Origin: an uncultured Acidobacteriota bacterium
Lineage (GTDB): Bacteria; Acidobacteriota; UBA6911
DNA: 64,000 bases
Reading direction: 5' to 3'
NCBI GenBank assembly: GCA_963839475.1
Contig: CAWIVH010000001.1
Span: forward strand, 844,627 to 908,626
Every line of letters begins with the position of its first letter. Position 1 is the first letter of the stretch. The translations under genes were made by a program, and so were the position numbers. Under the pieces are notes generated by a model. That model was not told the origin of the DNA and ran no database searches. It saw nothing but the letters and a program-made list of their open reading frames with translations. Positions 49,247 to 59,381 of the stretch are shown here, in pieces.

Positions 49247-49509
49247 GAAGACTCCCTCCCGAGGAGGCTGTATACGTAGGGTATTTGATTAAACGAAGTT
49301 CCCCCGGCAATGTGCCGGAAAATTAACTATATATATATGTTGAGGGCGATTGGATCGTCCGACAATTTCTATTAAGGCGATATTACTCCGGTGACCCTTT
49401 TTTGACAAGAAGAAAGTATTCCGCTAAATTTCTATATGCACATGACTTATAAAGTCGGGCGCGGCTCTCAGGAGCATGCCCGGCAGCCTGGGGAGCTTGT
49501 TTTTCAGCC

Positions 49510-49932
49510 ATGAAGAAAACCTTGTGCTGGTTCATTGTTACAGCCTGTTCAGCTGTTGTTTTCTCCTTCCCGCAGTCTCGTCCGGGGAGGCCCGCTTTGA
49601 TCCGGGATACCGACACCGCGGAGGGGAAAGAAGCGCCAGACGTTGAAAAAGAAAAACCATACGATCCGCTGATGGCGGAAAAAAGCATAAAAATAGGCGA
49701 TTTCTATCTCAAAAAGAAAAATTATACTGCCGCGATTGAAAGGTACCTCGAAGCGCTGCAATACCAACCGGACCGGTGGGAGGCTTTTGACGCGCTTGGG
49801 CGCACCTATGAAAAGAACGGGGAGCCGGCGAAGGCTGGCGCGATCTACCAGGAGTATATCAACAAGAACCCGGAGTCGCCGAAGGTGCCGGAAGTTCGTT
49901 CCCGACTGGCCAAGCTGGAAAAACGGCAGTAA
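49510..49932 (+). CDS. Small secreted/lipoprotein-type TPR-repeat protein
   Basis: It has a signal peptide (MKKTLCWFIVTACSAVVF) and TPR helices (YTAAIERYLEALQYQPDRWEAFDALGRTYEKNGEPAKAGAIYQEYI). Confidence 0.6.
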   Translation: MKKTLCWFIVTACSAVVFSFPQSRPGRPALIRDTDTAEGKEAPDVEKEKPYDPLMAEKSIKIGDFYLKKKNYTAAIERYLEALQYQPDRWEAFDALGRTYEKNGEPAKAGAIYQEYINKNPESPKVPEVRSRLAKLEKRQ

Positions 49933-49941
49933 CTGCGTTCT

Positions 49942-51036
49942 TCACCGGAGGCAGGAAGCCAGGAATATCGCTTCGATTCCCATCTGACGGTTGATGTTAC
50001 CCTTGAGAGCGCGCCTGAACTTCTTGAAGGCCTCAATGCCGGCCACGATGTCGTCTCGGGTTGCCCTCGTCGCCAGCCAGGCCAGTTCCTTCTGCAAATC
50101 GAGCTGACGGACGCGTTCCGGCGCCACGCCCGCAAAGTAGGCGTCCTGCAGAATCGTCTCGACAGCTTCCAGCCACATATCGAATCGGGCTTTATCCTTA
50201 TCCTTCACCAGGGCCGAGATCATGACGCTGGCCTCATGGAAACTCCCACGCGCGAGAAGCAGACCGGCAAAACGAAGCGCCTGGCTTCGAATCTCGCCGA
50301 AATCGCCCGTGTCAAAACTCAGCGCGGCTTCCAGGCTGCCGTGGCTGAAAATCGCGGCCAGCCTGGCATCGGCGGGATTGGCCTTCCTCGTCCGCACCAG
50401 GAAATCTTCAATCTGGTGCGGGGGAATTCCGCCGAGATTGAGCAGCCGGGACCTGGAGCGGATGGTTTGCAGCAGCAGATAGGGATTCGCGGTTACCAGC
50501 ATGAGAATGGTCCGGCTGGGGGGTTCTTCAAGGGTCTTGAGCAGGCTATTCTGGGCTTCTCCCCGCATGAGTTCGGCCGGGTCCAGGACGAACACCCGGA
50601 ATTTCGCCTCAAACGGCTGATACGAAATCTCCGTGATCAGTTCCCTCACCTGCTCGATACTGATGGTCGATTTTTCCGGCCCGATCAAGCGGACATCAGG
50701 ATGCTGATCTGCCCTCGTTCGGCAGGCGGCACAGCCGCCGCACGCCTGGTCTGCTTTCGGAGATATGCACTGGCAATATCTCGACTGCAGCACGGCCATA
50801 ATCTTCCGGCACAGCGAGCACGATCCGCAGGCCCCTTCCGGCCTAGGCGACAGGCAGTTGAGCTCCCGGGCCAGGAGGATCGCCAGCGTGCTTTTGCCGA
50901 TGCCCGGTGGGCCGGCCAGAATCAATGCGTGGGGAAACCGATCCTGCGCAATCGCGCGCCGCAGCACATCGACTACATGCCCATTTCCGATAAATTCAGA
51001 CAAGCCTGTCGGCAATGTCATTTTTTCAGCGGGCAT
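49942..51036 (-). CDS. holB: DNA polymerase III subunit delta'
   Basis: HALILAGPPGIGKSTLA is the AAA+ Walker A motif, and the Zn module is CGSCSLCRKI...CGGCAACR. Confidence 0.85.
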   Translation of the reverse strand: MPAEKMTLPTGLSEFIGNGHVVDVLRRAIAQDRFPHALILAGPPGIGKSTLAILLARELNCLSPRPEGACGSCSLCRKIMAVLQSRYCQCISPKADQACGGCAACRTRADQHPDVRLIGPEKSTISIEQVRELITEISYQPFEAKFRVFVLDPAELMRGEAQNSLLKTLEEPPSRTILMLVTANPYLLLQTIRSRSRLLNLGGIPPHQIEDFLVRTRKANPADARLAAIFSHGSLEAALSFDTGDFGEIRSQALRFAGLLLARGSFHEASVMISALVKDKDKARFDMWLEAVETILQDAYFAGVAPERVRQLDLQKELAWLATRATRDDIVAGIEAFKKFRRALKGNINRQMGIEAIFLASCLR

Positions 51037-51661
51037 GGATTACCTGCTCGAGCTGAGGCACGATGTGCGAGAAAACTTCCTCAGGGGTACCATCCGCAGG
51101 AATGATCCGGAACCGGCCAGGCGACCTGCGGGCCAAGGAGAGATAGGCTTCCCGCACCGCCCTGTGAAAGCTGATTTCCTCATCTTCGAAGCGTCCCTCC
51201 GCCGCAGCTGCGGAGTCGGCGGCATTGCGGCTGCGGGCCCGCATCAGTCCGATGGCCGGATCGAGGTCGAAAAGGAAGGTCAGGTCCGGCTCCGGAATCC
51301 CCAGAATCCCGGCAAGCCGGTCGATCGTTTCGACAGGGATCCCGCGGGCGGCTCCCTGGTATGCCAGCGTAGCATCGTGGTAGCGGTCCGATAGCACCGT
51401 TACGCCCTTCTTCACCGCGGGCTCGATGATCTCATGCAAATGCTGGTTTCGGTCGGCAAGATAAAGCAGCAGCTCGCTCATCGGCTCGCGCCGAGCCCCG
51501 CCGGTGCCCAGCAGGATCTGGCGCACCGATACACCAAAGGCGGTTCCGCCCGGTTCCCGGGTAACCAGGCAACGAACACCATGCCCCGAGAGATACTTTT
51601 CAGCGCGGCTGATCTGCAAGGATTTGCCCGATCCTTCGACACCTTCGAAAGTGATGAACAT
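51026..51661 (-). CDS. tmk: Thymidylate kinase
   Basis: MFITFEGVEGSGKS is the P-loop, followed by TREPGGT and the LID region. It overlaps holB by 11 nt. Confidence 0.9.
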   Translation of the reverse strand: MFITFEGVEGSGKSLQISRAEKYLSGHGVRCLVTREPGGTAFGVSVRQILLGTGGARREPMSELLLYLADRNQHLHEIIEPAVKKGVTVLSDRYHDATLAYQGAARGIPVETIDRLAGILGIPEPDLTFLFDLDPAIGLMRARSRNAADSAAAAEGRFEDEEISFHRAVREAYLSLARRSPGRFRIIPADGTPEEVFSHIVPQLEQVIHAR

Positions 51662-51762
51662 GTCGCCGTCCTTGCTTGAACCCGTGAAGATCTTTAGAAT
51701 TCCGGTGGGAGAGTAACAAACAGGCAACCTCAACTCAACGCCGATTTGGCCCAGAGCGATAA

Positions 51763-52464
51763 ATGTCAGCCATTCTTCAGAATATCTGTGAAATCAAGCA
51801 GGGCATCGCCGCCGCAGCCGTCGCGGCCGGACGGAGACCGGAGGACATCAAGCTCCTGGCAGTCAGCAAAACCTTTGCTGTCGACGCCATTCGGGAAGCC
51901 GTCGCAGCAGGGCAGACATGTTTCGGCGAAAACCGGGTGCAGGAAGCGGAAGCCAAAATCCTCGGCTTAAAAAACCAACCCGGAATGGAATGGCACCTGA
52001 TCGGCCACCTTCAGTCCAACAAGGCACGGCGTGCGGCAGACCTTTTCCACGTGATCCACTCCGTCGACAGCGTCAAGCTGGCAGAGCGGCTGAACCAGGC
52101 CTGCATTGAGACCGGGAAGCTTCTTTCCATCCTGATCCAGGTCGACTTGGGGCTGGAGGAAACCAAGTTCGGCGCCGGAGCCGGGCAGGTTCGTGAGATC
52201 GCCGCTGCGGTGGCGGAAATGCGCGGGTTGCGGCTGAACGGGCTGATGACCCTACCGCCGTTTTTCGAGGATCCGGAACAGGCGGCTCCCTTTTTCCGCA
52301 AGCTTCGCGAAATCCGTGATGAGCTCGAACTGGAAACGCCCGGCTGTATGGGCGAACGCCACCTTTCAATGGGCATGACCCACGATTTCGCAGTCGCCAT
52401 CCGCGAAGGGGCCACCATCGTCCGCATTGGCACGGCAATTTTCGGGGAGCGGTCTCATGCCTGA
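51763..52464 (+). CDS. yggS: YggS-family pyridoxal-phosphate homeostasis protein
   Basis: LLAVSKTFAVDAIREAVAAGQTCFGENRVQE (PLP-Lys) and HLIGHLQSNKAR are signatures of the alanine-racemase N-domain fold. Confidence 0.85.
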   Translation: MSAILQNICEIKQGIAAAAVAAGRRPEDIKLLAVSKTFAVDAIREAVAAGQTCFGENRVQEAEAKILGLKNQPGMEWHLIGHLQSNKARRAADLFHVIHSVDSVKLAERLNQACIETGKLLSILIQVDLGLEETKFGAGAGQVREIAAAVAEMRGLRLNGLMTLPPFFEDPEQAAPFFRKLREIRDELELETPGCMGERHLSMGMTHDFAVAIREGATIVRIGTAIFGERSHA

Positions 52465-52765
52465 ACCGTCACTGCAGGTCAGAGAATCGGGAGAATCGCT
52501 GGAAATCACCCTGCATGTCCAGCCCCGGGCCAGGCGCACCGAAATTGCCGGCCAGTTCAACGGGGCATTGAAGCTCAAGGTGATGGCACCTCCGGTTGAC
52601 GACGCCGCGAACAAAGCCGTCATTCAATTTTTCGCTTCTTTTCTGTCGATTCCGAGATCACGAATCGAAATCATCTCAGGTGAAAAGTCGCGAGAAAAGA
52701 AAATCCGGATCGGCGGGGTCAAGCTGGCGGACTTTGAGGCCCGGATCGCTCAACCCCGGAGATAA
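52457..52765 (+). CDS. yggU: DUF167 (YggU-like) protein
   Basis: LEITLHVQPRARRTEIAGQFNGALKLKVMAPPVDDAANKAVIQFFA is the typical DUF167 sequence. It overlaps the yggS end. Confidence 0.75.
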   Translation: MPEPSLQVRESGESLEITLHVQPRARRTEIAGQFNGALKLKVMAPPVDDAANKAVIQFFASFLSIPRSRIEIISGEKSREKKIRIGGVKLADFEARIAQPRR

Positions 52766-52941
52766 AATTGTATTTCGATGGCTTCAAAGATCGCCCTCGG
52801 GGACCGCGAGCCTGTGCAAAAGCTGTGAAAAAGATTGAGACTGCCGCCCCTAAGATTCAATGATCATTAAAGATAGTCTGTTTCCAGGATTTTTCCACTT
52901 CTGTGGAAAACTTCCCTGGATCATTGCGCCCGCCGGGACGA

Positions 52942-53646
52942 TCAGTCAATTCGGATCGGCCCCCCTGACTGCGGCGGCACGGGTGGTGGAACAATGGGCG
53001 GCACGGGTGGCGGAACCATTTGTTGATCTCCAAAAATCATATAGAAGGCCACCACGGAAGCGCAAAACGATACCGGGATGGACAGGACCAGTCCCACCAG
53101 GCATGCCAGCGCCCCAAGAATGTTGATGCCGATCATGACCAGAGCAAAAATAATCATCGTCGGCAGATTCTCGGTGACCGCCCGACGGCTGGTTTCGAGA
53201 GCTTGCCAGAAATCCAATTTATAGGTGACCACGACGAAGCTGGCGAACATGTAGCCCAATGCGAGGTAAAGCCCAGGGATGATGCAGAGTAGCGTCCCGA
53301 CAAACATTAAAATGCCGCCAACCAATCCCACAAGGAAGAGAGGCCCCGTGTATTGGAATCCCTCGAAGAAGTCCTGAAAAACGGCGGGCTCATTGCGGAT
53401 CCTTTTCCGAATGTAGGTAAAATACCCTGCCGACATTGCCGGACTTATGACCCAGCTGACGATCCAGCCCAGGATCGGGATGGCCGCCAGGCCAAGGGAA
53501 ATGACCAGGACAAGAAGCGTATAGCCGATAAATGGACCCAGGTTTTGCATCGCCAGATCCCATCCGCGTTGCACGCATTCGCCGACGGGAATATCCACCT
53601 TCCGGAACGAAATCTCTCTTTCGGGTATGCCTTGAGTAGCGTACAT
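52942..53646 (-). CDS. Hypothetical polytopic membrane protein with Pro-rich C-terminal tail
   Basis: It has 5-6 hydrophobic helices and the C-terminal PPPVPPIVPPPVPPQSGGP. The start is chosen at MYATQGIPE. Confidence 0.5.
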   Translation of the reverse strand: MYATQGIPEREISFRKVDIPVGECVQRGWDLAMQNLGPFIGYTLLVLVISLGLAAIPILGWIVSWVISPAMSAGYFTYIRKRIRNEPAVFQDFFEGFQYTGPLFLVGLVGGILMFVGTLLCIIPGLYLALGYMFASFVVVTYKLDFWQALETSRRAVTENLPTMIIFALVMIGINILGALACLVGLVLSIPVSFCASVVAFYMIFGDQQMVPPPVPPIVPPPVPPQSGGPIRID

Positions 53647-53690
53647 CACAACCTCCACAGCCAGATTAGATCATCACAGTTGCCGTCCAG

Positions 53691-53975
53691 CTAATCTTGC
53701 CCGTCTTCCACCTCCACCAGCCGCAGAGATGCCTCAGAACGCCTGTGATCCGCCAGCACGCGGCGGGCGTCCTCTGCCAGAAACGCCGGCACATAGATGC
53801 GGATTTCGGCGACGCCTTTGGCTGAAAGGGGATAAATCCGATGGGGCAGCTCCGCCATATAGTGGCAGGGGATGCTGTAGCTTTCGAGAAGACTCTTGAT
53901 AACCGAGGCTTCGCTGTTCATCCATGTTCGCGCGACCACGACAGGCTCGCTATTATCCATGAACTCCGCTGTCAT
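53691..53975 (-). CDS. DUF2007-family (putative signal-transducing, PII-like) protein
   Basis: EPVVVARTWMNSEASVIKSLLESYSIPCHYM...IYVPAFLAEDARRVL matches the DUF2007 pattern. Confidence 0.55.
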   Translation of the reverse strand: MTAEFMDNSEPVVVARTWMNSEASVIKSLLESYSIPCHYMAELPHRIYPLSAKGVAEIRIYVPAFLAEDARRVLADHRRSEASLRLVEVEDGQD

Positions 53976-54820
53976 TTGTGGAATGCCTTGAACTCGTAAG
54001 TGATACCCATCACCACTCCGGTATCGGGATCGTAGCTGTGCAGGCCGGCTACACCCGCCAGATCCCATCGCAAGCCGGCAGCCCTGAATTGGACGCCAAG
54101 ACGCGCCTGCCCCTGGCTCTCGTTGCCGGTCTTTTCCTGGGCCGTTGCTTCGCGGCCGTTGACTTCCGCCACGAGATTGACTTTCGCGTGAACCGGGAGG
54201 ATGAACGCGGCGCCGTAGGTGAGGAGGTCGGCCTGGCCGGATCCGACGGGATTCCCCAGGATGGCCATGCCCAGGTTCCCAAGCAACCGCGCCCGGCCGA
54301 TGCGCTTGGACGCCAGCATTGTGGCGTAGAATTGGGTTTCATCATTGCCAAGCCCGGTCGTCTGGCTGGCGTTGGGAAGCTGGACTCCGAACTTGAAGGC
54401 CAATGCCGGCCTCGCCCCTTTCTCGGGGGCCAGTTTCAACTTCGCTGCCAGCAAAATATCGCCGAAATCGTTGGTCGAATTTCCCGTGACATCAGGGGGA
54501 CGCGCAGCAGGATACCGCTGCTTGATGGACAGGTAATCCTGCAACACACCTGACATCTGGAATTCGGCATATTCGCCGACGCCTACCTGCAGTCCCATGA
54601 CTCCCAGGCGAGCCAGGTCGCCTTCCAATCCGGATAAAGAGAAGCGCTGGTTTTGGAGAAATTCCAACCCGAGTTCGGTCCGGACTTTCCCCAGGTCCAG
54701 CAGTTCCGCATCATCGGTCCGGAGCGGGCGCTGCTGCGCCGAAATCGGTGCCGCCGCCACGAGGAAGGCGACTGCAATCCATCCCAACTTATTCACGAAT
54801 GCCCCCATAGGATATTGCAT
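53972..54820 (-). CDS. Putative outer-membrane beta-barrel protein
   Basis: It has a signal peptide (KLGWIAVAFLVAAAPISAQQ), amphipathic beta-strand periodicity, and a C-terminal aromatic terminus (YEFKAFHK). Confidence 0.5.
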   Translation of the reverse strand: MQYPMGAFVNKLGWIAVAFLVAAAPISAQQRPLRTDDAELLDLGKVRTELGLEFLQNQRFSLSGLEGDLARLGVMGLQVGVGEYAEFQMSGVLQDYLSIKQRYPAARPPDVTGNSTNDFGDILLAAKLKLAPEKGARPALAFKFGVQLPNASQTTGLGNDETQFYATMLASKRIGRARLLGNLGMAILGNPVGSGQADLLTYGAAFILPVHAKVNLVAEVNGREATAQEKTGNESQGQARLGVQFRAAGLRWDLAGVAGLHSYDPDTGVVMGITYEFKAFHK

Positions 54821-54925
54821 ATTTCAGGCCGTTGAAAACGCGCCTGGCCACAGATCTCATCTTAACACCATATTGGTCTTCATCGAGGTCTTTGCGGCGT
54901 TGGCGGTGCGATTTTCTTACCAGGA

Positions 54926-55645
54926 CTACCAATTCTGCACTAGAACCATCGCGGCAATGGCGGCTGTTTCGGCACGGAGTATACGGGGCCCAAGACCAAA
55001 GATCCGATACCCGCATTTCCCGGCTGCCCTGAGTTCATCGCCATGCCATCCGCCTTCGGGTCCGATGCAGAGAATTGTCCCGGGAGATGCTGCGGCGGGT
55101 TTCACCCATGGATCCTCAGCATTCTCGTAGAGCAGCAGACGTGCGTATTCGGACGGATAGGAAATTTCCAGAAAGTGATCGAACTCCTCAGGCCGGCGCA
55201 CTGAAGGCACGGTCCAGCGGCGGCACTGCTTGGATGCTTCGCGAACGATCCGGTTCCACCGCTCCATACGTGAATCGAGCTTCTCCGGATGCAGGTGGAT
55301 TTCGCAATAGCGGGTTTGCAGGGGAACGATTTCATGAATCCCGAGTTCGGTCGCCTTCTGCAGCACCCACTCGAACTTATCCGACTTGAGGAGTGATTGG
55401 GCAAGAATGAGGCGCGGATGGAAGCCGGCGTCCGTCTCCAATCGAACAAGCTCGATTACGCTGACATGGTCTTCGTAATATTTCACGATACCGGAAAAAC
55501 CGTTTCCTTGGCCATCAAGAATCTGCACGGTTTCGCCGGCTTTGAGTCTGAGGACATGTCGGAGATGGTGAGCCTCATCGGGCGGCAGGAGAGCGGTTCT
55601 GTCGCGGATGCAATCAGGGGAAATGAAAAATCGCCGTCGCGACAT
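54926..55645 (-). CDS. rsmE: 16S rRNA (uracil1498-N3)-methyltransferase
   Basis: MSRRRFFISPD...EAHHLRHVLRLKAGETVQILDGQG is the RsmE N-terminal PUA-like region, followed by the SPOUT core. Confidence 0.85.
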   Translation of the reverse strand: MSRRRFFISPDCIRDRTALLPPDEAHHLRHVLRLKAGETVQILDGQGNGFSGIVKYYEDHVSVIELVRLETDAGFHPRLILAQSLLKSDKFEWVLQKATELGIHEIVPLQTRYCEIHLHPEKLDSRMERWNRIVREASKQCRRWTVPSVRRPEEFDHFLEISYPSEYARLLLYENAEDPWVKPAAASPGTILCIGPEGGWHGDELRAAGKCGYRIFGLGPRILRAETAAIAAMVLVQNW

Positions 55646-55715
55646 GGGCGCCCGCAGCAGAGAATCCGGCACTCCGCGCCGGGTGTCCGGCATATGGCGC
55701 CGGCACCCGGGCGGC

Positions 55716-56828
55716 CTAGCCGAAGATGTCCTTCACCTTGTCGAAAAGGTTGCGCTCCTGGTCGATCTCGTCTTCCTTGCTGACCTTGCTGAGCGACTCC
55801 CAGAGCTGTCGCTGCTCCTTGGTGAGCTTGGTTGGAATGGCTACATTCACCGTGACGAACTGATCGCCGCGCCCCCGTTCCCCGAGGCTGACGATCCCTT
55901 TGTTGCGCAGCCGGAAGGAAGTGCCGCTCTGGGTCCCTTCCGGTATTTTGAGCTTTTCTTCACCTTCCAGGGTTGGAACAGTGATTTCGGCTCCGAGCAC
56001 CGCCTGGATGACACCCACGGGAATCTGGCAGTAAATGTTGTTTCCCTGCCGCTGGAAAAAGGGATGTTCCTCGACATAAATCACGACGTAGAGATCACCG
56101 GAGGGTCCGCCGCGCGTTCCGGCTTCACCCTCGCTCTGGATGCGCAGACGGGCGCCATTGTCGACTCCGGCCGGAATCTTGATCTCGAGAACCTTTTCCT
56201 TGTTGACGCGGCCGCGCCCCTGACAGGTTTCGCAGGGATCGCGAATGATTTTGCCGGCACCGTTGCACTGACCGCAGGTGCGGCTGATGGAGAAAAATCC
56301 TTGCTGATAGCGCACCTGACCCTGTCCGTGGCAGGCATTGCAGGTTACCGGGCTTTTCCCTTTGGCCGTGCCTCGTCCCTCGCAGGAGCTGCAGGTATCC
56401 TGCCGGGGAATTTTGATCTTGGTTTTTAGGCCGAAGGCCGCCTCGCGAAATGAAATCTTGAGATCATAGCGCAGATCGGAGCCTCTTTCCGGTCCGCTGC
56501 CCCGGCGACGGCCCCCGAACACGTCGCCAAAACCAAAAAACTCGCCGAGAATGTCCCCGAAATCGCCAAAGGTTGCCGGATCAAAACCCGAGAACCCGCC
56601 TTGCATGCCATTATGCCCGAACCGGTCATAGCGCGCGCGCTTTTCGGGATCGCTGAGCACGCTGTATGCTTCGGCAGCCTCTTTGAATTTTTCTTCCGCG
56701 GCTTTGTCGTGAGGGTTTTTGTCGGGATGGTACTTCAGCGCCAGCTTGCGATAGGAACTCTTGATTTCCTGATCGCTCGCTCCCTGCTGAATCCCAAGCA
56801 CTTCATAGTAATCGCGTTTCTGGCTCAA
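55716..56828 (-). CDS. dnaJ: Chaperone DnaJ
   Basis: It has the J-domain with HPD (YHPDKNP), a G/F region, four CxxCxGxG zinc repeats and a C-terminal domain. Confidence 0.95.
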   Translation of the reverse strand: MSQKRDYYEVLGIQQGASDQEIKSSYRKLALKYHPDKNPHDKAAEEKFKEAAEAYSVLSDPEKRARYDRFGHNGMQGGFSGFDPATFGDFGDILGEFFGFGDVFGGRRRGSGPERGSDLRYDLKISFREAAFGLKTKIKIPRQDTCSSCEGRGTAKGKSPVTCNACHGQGQVRYQQGFFSISRTCGQCNGAGKIIRDPCETCQGRGRVNKEKVLEIKIPAGVDNGARLRIQSEGEAGTRGGPSGDLYVVIYVEEHPFFQRQGNNIYCQIPVGVIQAVLGAEITVPTLEGEEKLKIPEGTQSGTSFRLRNKGIVSLGERGRGDQFVTVNVAIPTKLTKEQRQLWESLSKVSKEDEIDQERNLFDKVKDIFG

Positions 56829-56846
56829 TGCACAACTCCGGCTTTG

Positions 56847-58766
56847 CTAAGGCTTTTTCGGGTGAATATCATCCAAAGCCGATCGCAACAGGCTGTTAAA
56901 GTCATCCTCCGGCCTTCCCCGCCCTGAATCAGATTCAGCACCAGGCAAGCCGGCCGCTCCGGGGCGCGACATCATAGCATCGGCCAGCTTCGACCCGCAT
57001 GCTTCCAAGCTTGCCACTAACTCTAGCAAATAGGATAACTTAGATTCGTCTTCGGACATGGCCCGGGCTTTTTGGAGGCATTCTTTTACCATCTCCTGAT
57101 CGGCCGAGTCAAGCAGCCAGCCGAACTCGGAATAGCTCCGCGTAACCACGGAAATATTCCCTTTGATCCTGTTCCTGAGCTCTACGATTTCCTTTAACTG
57201 CCTGTCAGCTGCGGCAAATTGCTTTGCCTCGATGATCATGCAGTCGATTTCGTTTTTGCTCAAACCAGTGGATGGAGTAATCCGGATCGCCTGCTCTTTC
57301 CCCGAGACTTTGTCTTTAGCGGAAACGCTGACGATCCCGTTGGCGTCGATGTCGAATGTCACTTCGATCTGAGGTGCTCCCCGCGGGGCGGGAGAAATGC
57401 CCACCAAATCAAACTTGGCCAGCGACCGGTTGAACTTGGCGAGTTCGCGCTCGCCCTGAAGAACGTGCACCTCCACCACGGACTGGTTGTCTGCCACCGT
57501 TGTGAAGATCGTCGTTTTCTTCAGCGGAATGGTGGAGTTGTGCTCGATGATGCGGGTGAACAGACCGCCCATCGTCTCGACTCCAAGGGACAACGGCAGC
57601 ACATCCAGGAGCACAATCTCCTTCAGTTCGCCGCGCATCACCCCTCCCTGAAGCGCAGCGCCGACCGCAACGACTTCGTCCGGGTTGACTTCGGAGGAAG
57701 GGGGCTTTCCAAAGATCTTTTCCACATGCCTCTGAACTGCCGGCGTCCGAGTCTGGCCGCCCACCAGGATGACTTTGTCAATCTGCGCGGGGCTGAGTTT
57801 GGCGTCCGTCAGCGATTTCTGGCAGTAGGCGGTGGTCCGGTCGATCAGGTCCTTCACCAGGTCTTCGAACTGGGCTCGGGTCAGGACTTTGTCAAAGTGC
57901 TTGGGTCCCCTGGCGTCCGAAGCGATGAAGGGGAGGCTGATTTTCGCTTCCGTGGCGACCGACAGCTCGCATTTGGCCTTCTCGGCCGTTTCTTTGAGCC
58001 GCTGACGCGCCAGGACATCGCTTTCCAGGCTGATTCCGGTGTCCTTCTTGAATTCGGAAACCATCCAGTCGATGATGCGCTGATCGAAATCCTCTCCACC
58101 GAGAAAGCAGTCACCGCAGGTCGACAGCACCTCGAATACGCCGTTATTCAATTCCAGGATGGAAATGTCGAAGGTGCCTCCGCCCAAATCGAATATTGCA
58201 ACCTGCTCCCGGTCTTTTTTCCCGAGTCCGTACGCAAGCGCAGCGGCGGTCGGCTCGTTGATGATGCGACGGACCTCCAACCCGGCGATTTTGCCCGCAT
58301 CCTTGGTAGCCTGCCTCTGGCTATCGTCAAAGTAGGCCGGAACGGTGATGATGGCCTCCGTCACTTCCTCTCCCAGGAAATCTTCAGCGCTGGTTTTGAG
58401 GTACTGCAGCAGCATGGCCGAAATTTCCGGCGGACTGTTCTCCTTTTCACCCACCCGGATACGAACATCGCCTTTGTCCGATGCAGCCAGGGAGTAGCTC
58501 AGATATTTCTGCACCCGTTGTACTTCGGCAGAGTCATACCTGCGTCCCATGAGACGCTTGACGGAATAGATGGTGTTGGCCGCGTTGGTGACCATTTGAC
58601 GCTTGGCAATTTGGCCTATCAGGCGGTCGCCCTTCTCGGTGAATGCGACAATGGAGGGGGTGGTCCGGCCGCCCAATGAATTGGGAATGATCTGTACGGA
58701 GGTGCCTTCAAGAACCGCCACACAAGAGTTCGTCGTCCCAAGATCGATTCCGACAATTTTGCTCAT
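56847..58766 (-). CDS. dnaK: Chaperone DnaK (Hsp70)
   Basis: [23 protein letters not shown] and the rest are full Hsp70 signatures. Confidence 0.97.
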   Translation of the reverse strand: MSKIVGIDLGTTNSCVAVLEGTSVQIIPNSLGGRTTPSIVAFTEKGDRLIGQIAKRQMVTNAANTIYSVKRLMGRRYDSAEVQRVQKYLSYSLAASDKGDVRIRVGEKENSPPEISAMLLQYLKTSAEDFLGEEVTEAIITVPAYFDDSQRQATKDAGKIAGLEVRRIINEPTAAALAYGLGKKDREQVAIFDLGGGTFDISILELNNGVFEVLSTCGDCFLGGEDFDQRIIDWMVSEFKKDTGISLESDVLARQRLKETAEKAKCELSVATEAKISLPFIASDARGPKHFDKVLTRAQFEDLVKDLIDRTTAYCQKSLTDAKLSPAQIDKVILVGGQTRTPAVQRHVEKIFGKPPSSEVNPDEVVAVGAALQGGVMRGELKEIVLLDVLPLSLGVETMGGLFTRIIEHNSTIPLKKTTIFTTVADNQSVVEVHVLQGERELAKFNRSLAKFDLVGISPAPRGAPQIEVTFDIDANGIVSVSAKDKVSGKEQAIRITPSTGLSKNEIDCMIIEAKQFAAADRQLKEIVELRNRIKGNISVVTRSYSEFGWLLDSADQEMVKECLQKARAMSEDESKLSYLLELVASLEACGSKLADAMMSRPGAAGLPGAESDSGRGRPEDDFNSLLRSALDDIHPKKP

Positions 58767-58769
58767 AGG

Positions 58770-59381
58770 CTATGTTTCCGAGGTTTCTTTCTGTGGGGGG
58801 CCGGCCGACACCCGAACCTGAGAAGCGCGAAGGAGCCTGTCCTTGAACATATAACCTCGCCGCAGTTCTTCAATGACGACGTTATCTTCGTAGTCGTGGC
58901 TGACTTCGCGGGTGATGGCCTCATGGAGGTGGGGATCAAAAGACTTGCCCTGAGCGTCGATGGGTGCCACTCCGAGCCGGTTCAGAATATCGTGGATCTG
59001 TTTGTACAGGAGGCGGACACCCTCCCGGTATTGATCCAGCCCATCCGTCCCCTGCGAACCTTTAAAGCTTTCAAGGGCGCGGTCGCAAGCGTCGGCCACC
59101 GGCAGCATCTCCAGGAGCACCGAGCTTTTGGCCATTTGAGCGGTTTCATTTCGTTCCCGCTCCATCCTTTTCCGGAAGTTTTCGAATTCAGCGGCTTTGC
59201 GCAGAAAACGATCCTGGCATTGAGCGAGCTCCGATTTGAGCGACTCGATCTCAGCATTGATCTGCGCAACGGGATCCTCCACCGGGGCAGTTTCTTCAGC
59301 CCCGGCCGTTCCGGCAGCGTTTGTTTCCTCAGGCACCGAATCATTCGACTCGGCAGATCGCCGATAAATCTTCCAGGTCAT
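58770..59381 (-). CDS. grpE: Nucleotide exchange factor GrpE
   Basis: RKAAEFENFRKRMERE is the GrpE signature. It has a long N-terminal helix and sits between dnaK and hrcA. Confidence 0.9.
   Translation of the reverse strand: MTWKIYRRSAESNDSVPEETNAAGTAGAEETAPVEDPVAQINAEIESLKSELAQCQDRFLRKAAEFENFRKRMERERNETAQMAKSSVLLEMLPVADACDRALESFKGSQGTDGLDQYREGVRLLYKQIHDILNRLGVAPIDAQGKSFDPHLHEAITREVSHDYEDNVVIEELRRGYMFKDRLLRASQVRVSAGPPQKETSET

Noticed and set aside
57219-58679. 486-aa plus-strand ORF antisense to dnaK (and similar long antisense ORFs at 9960-10925, 17062-18153, 19647-21032, 29633-30799 and 2952-3764)
   Set aside because: These are shadow ORFs typical of high-GC DNA. The opposite strand encodes well-recognised proteins such as DnaK, HD-GYP, Gfo and HutI.
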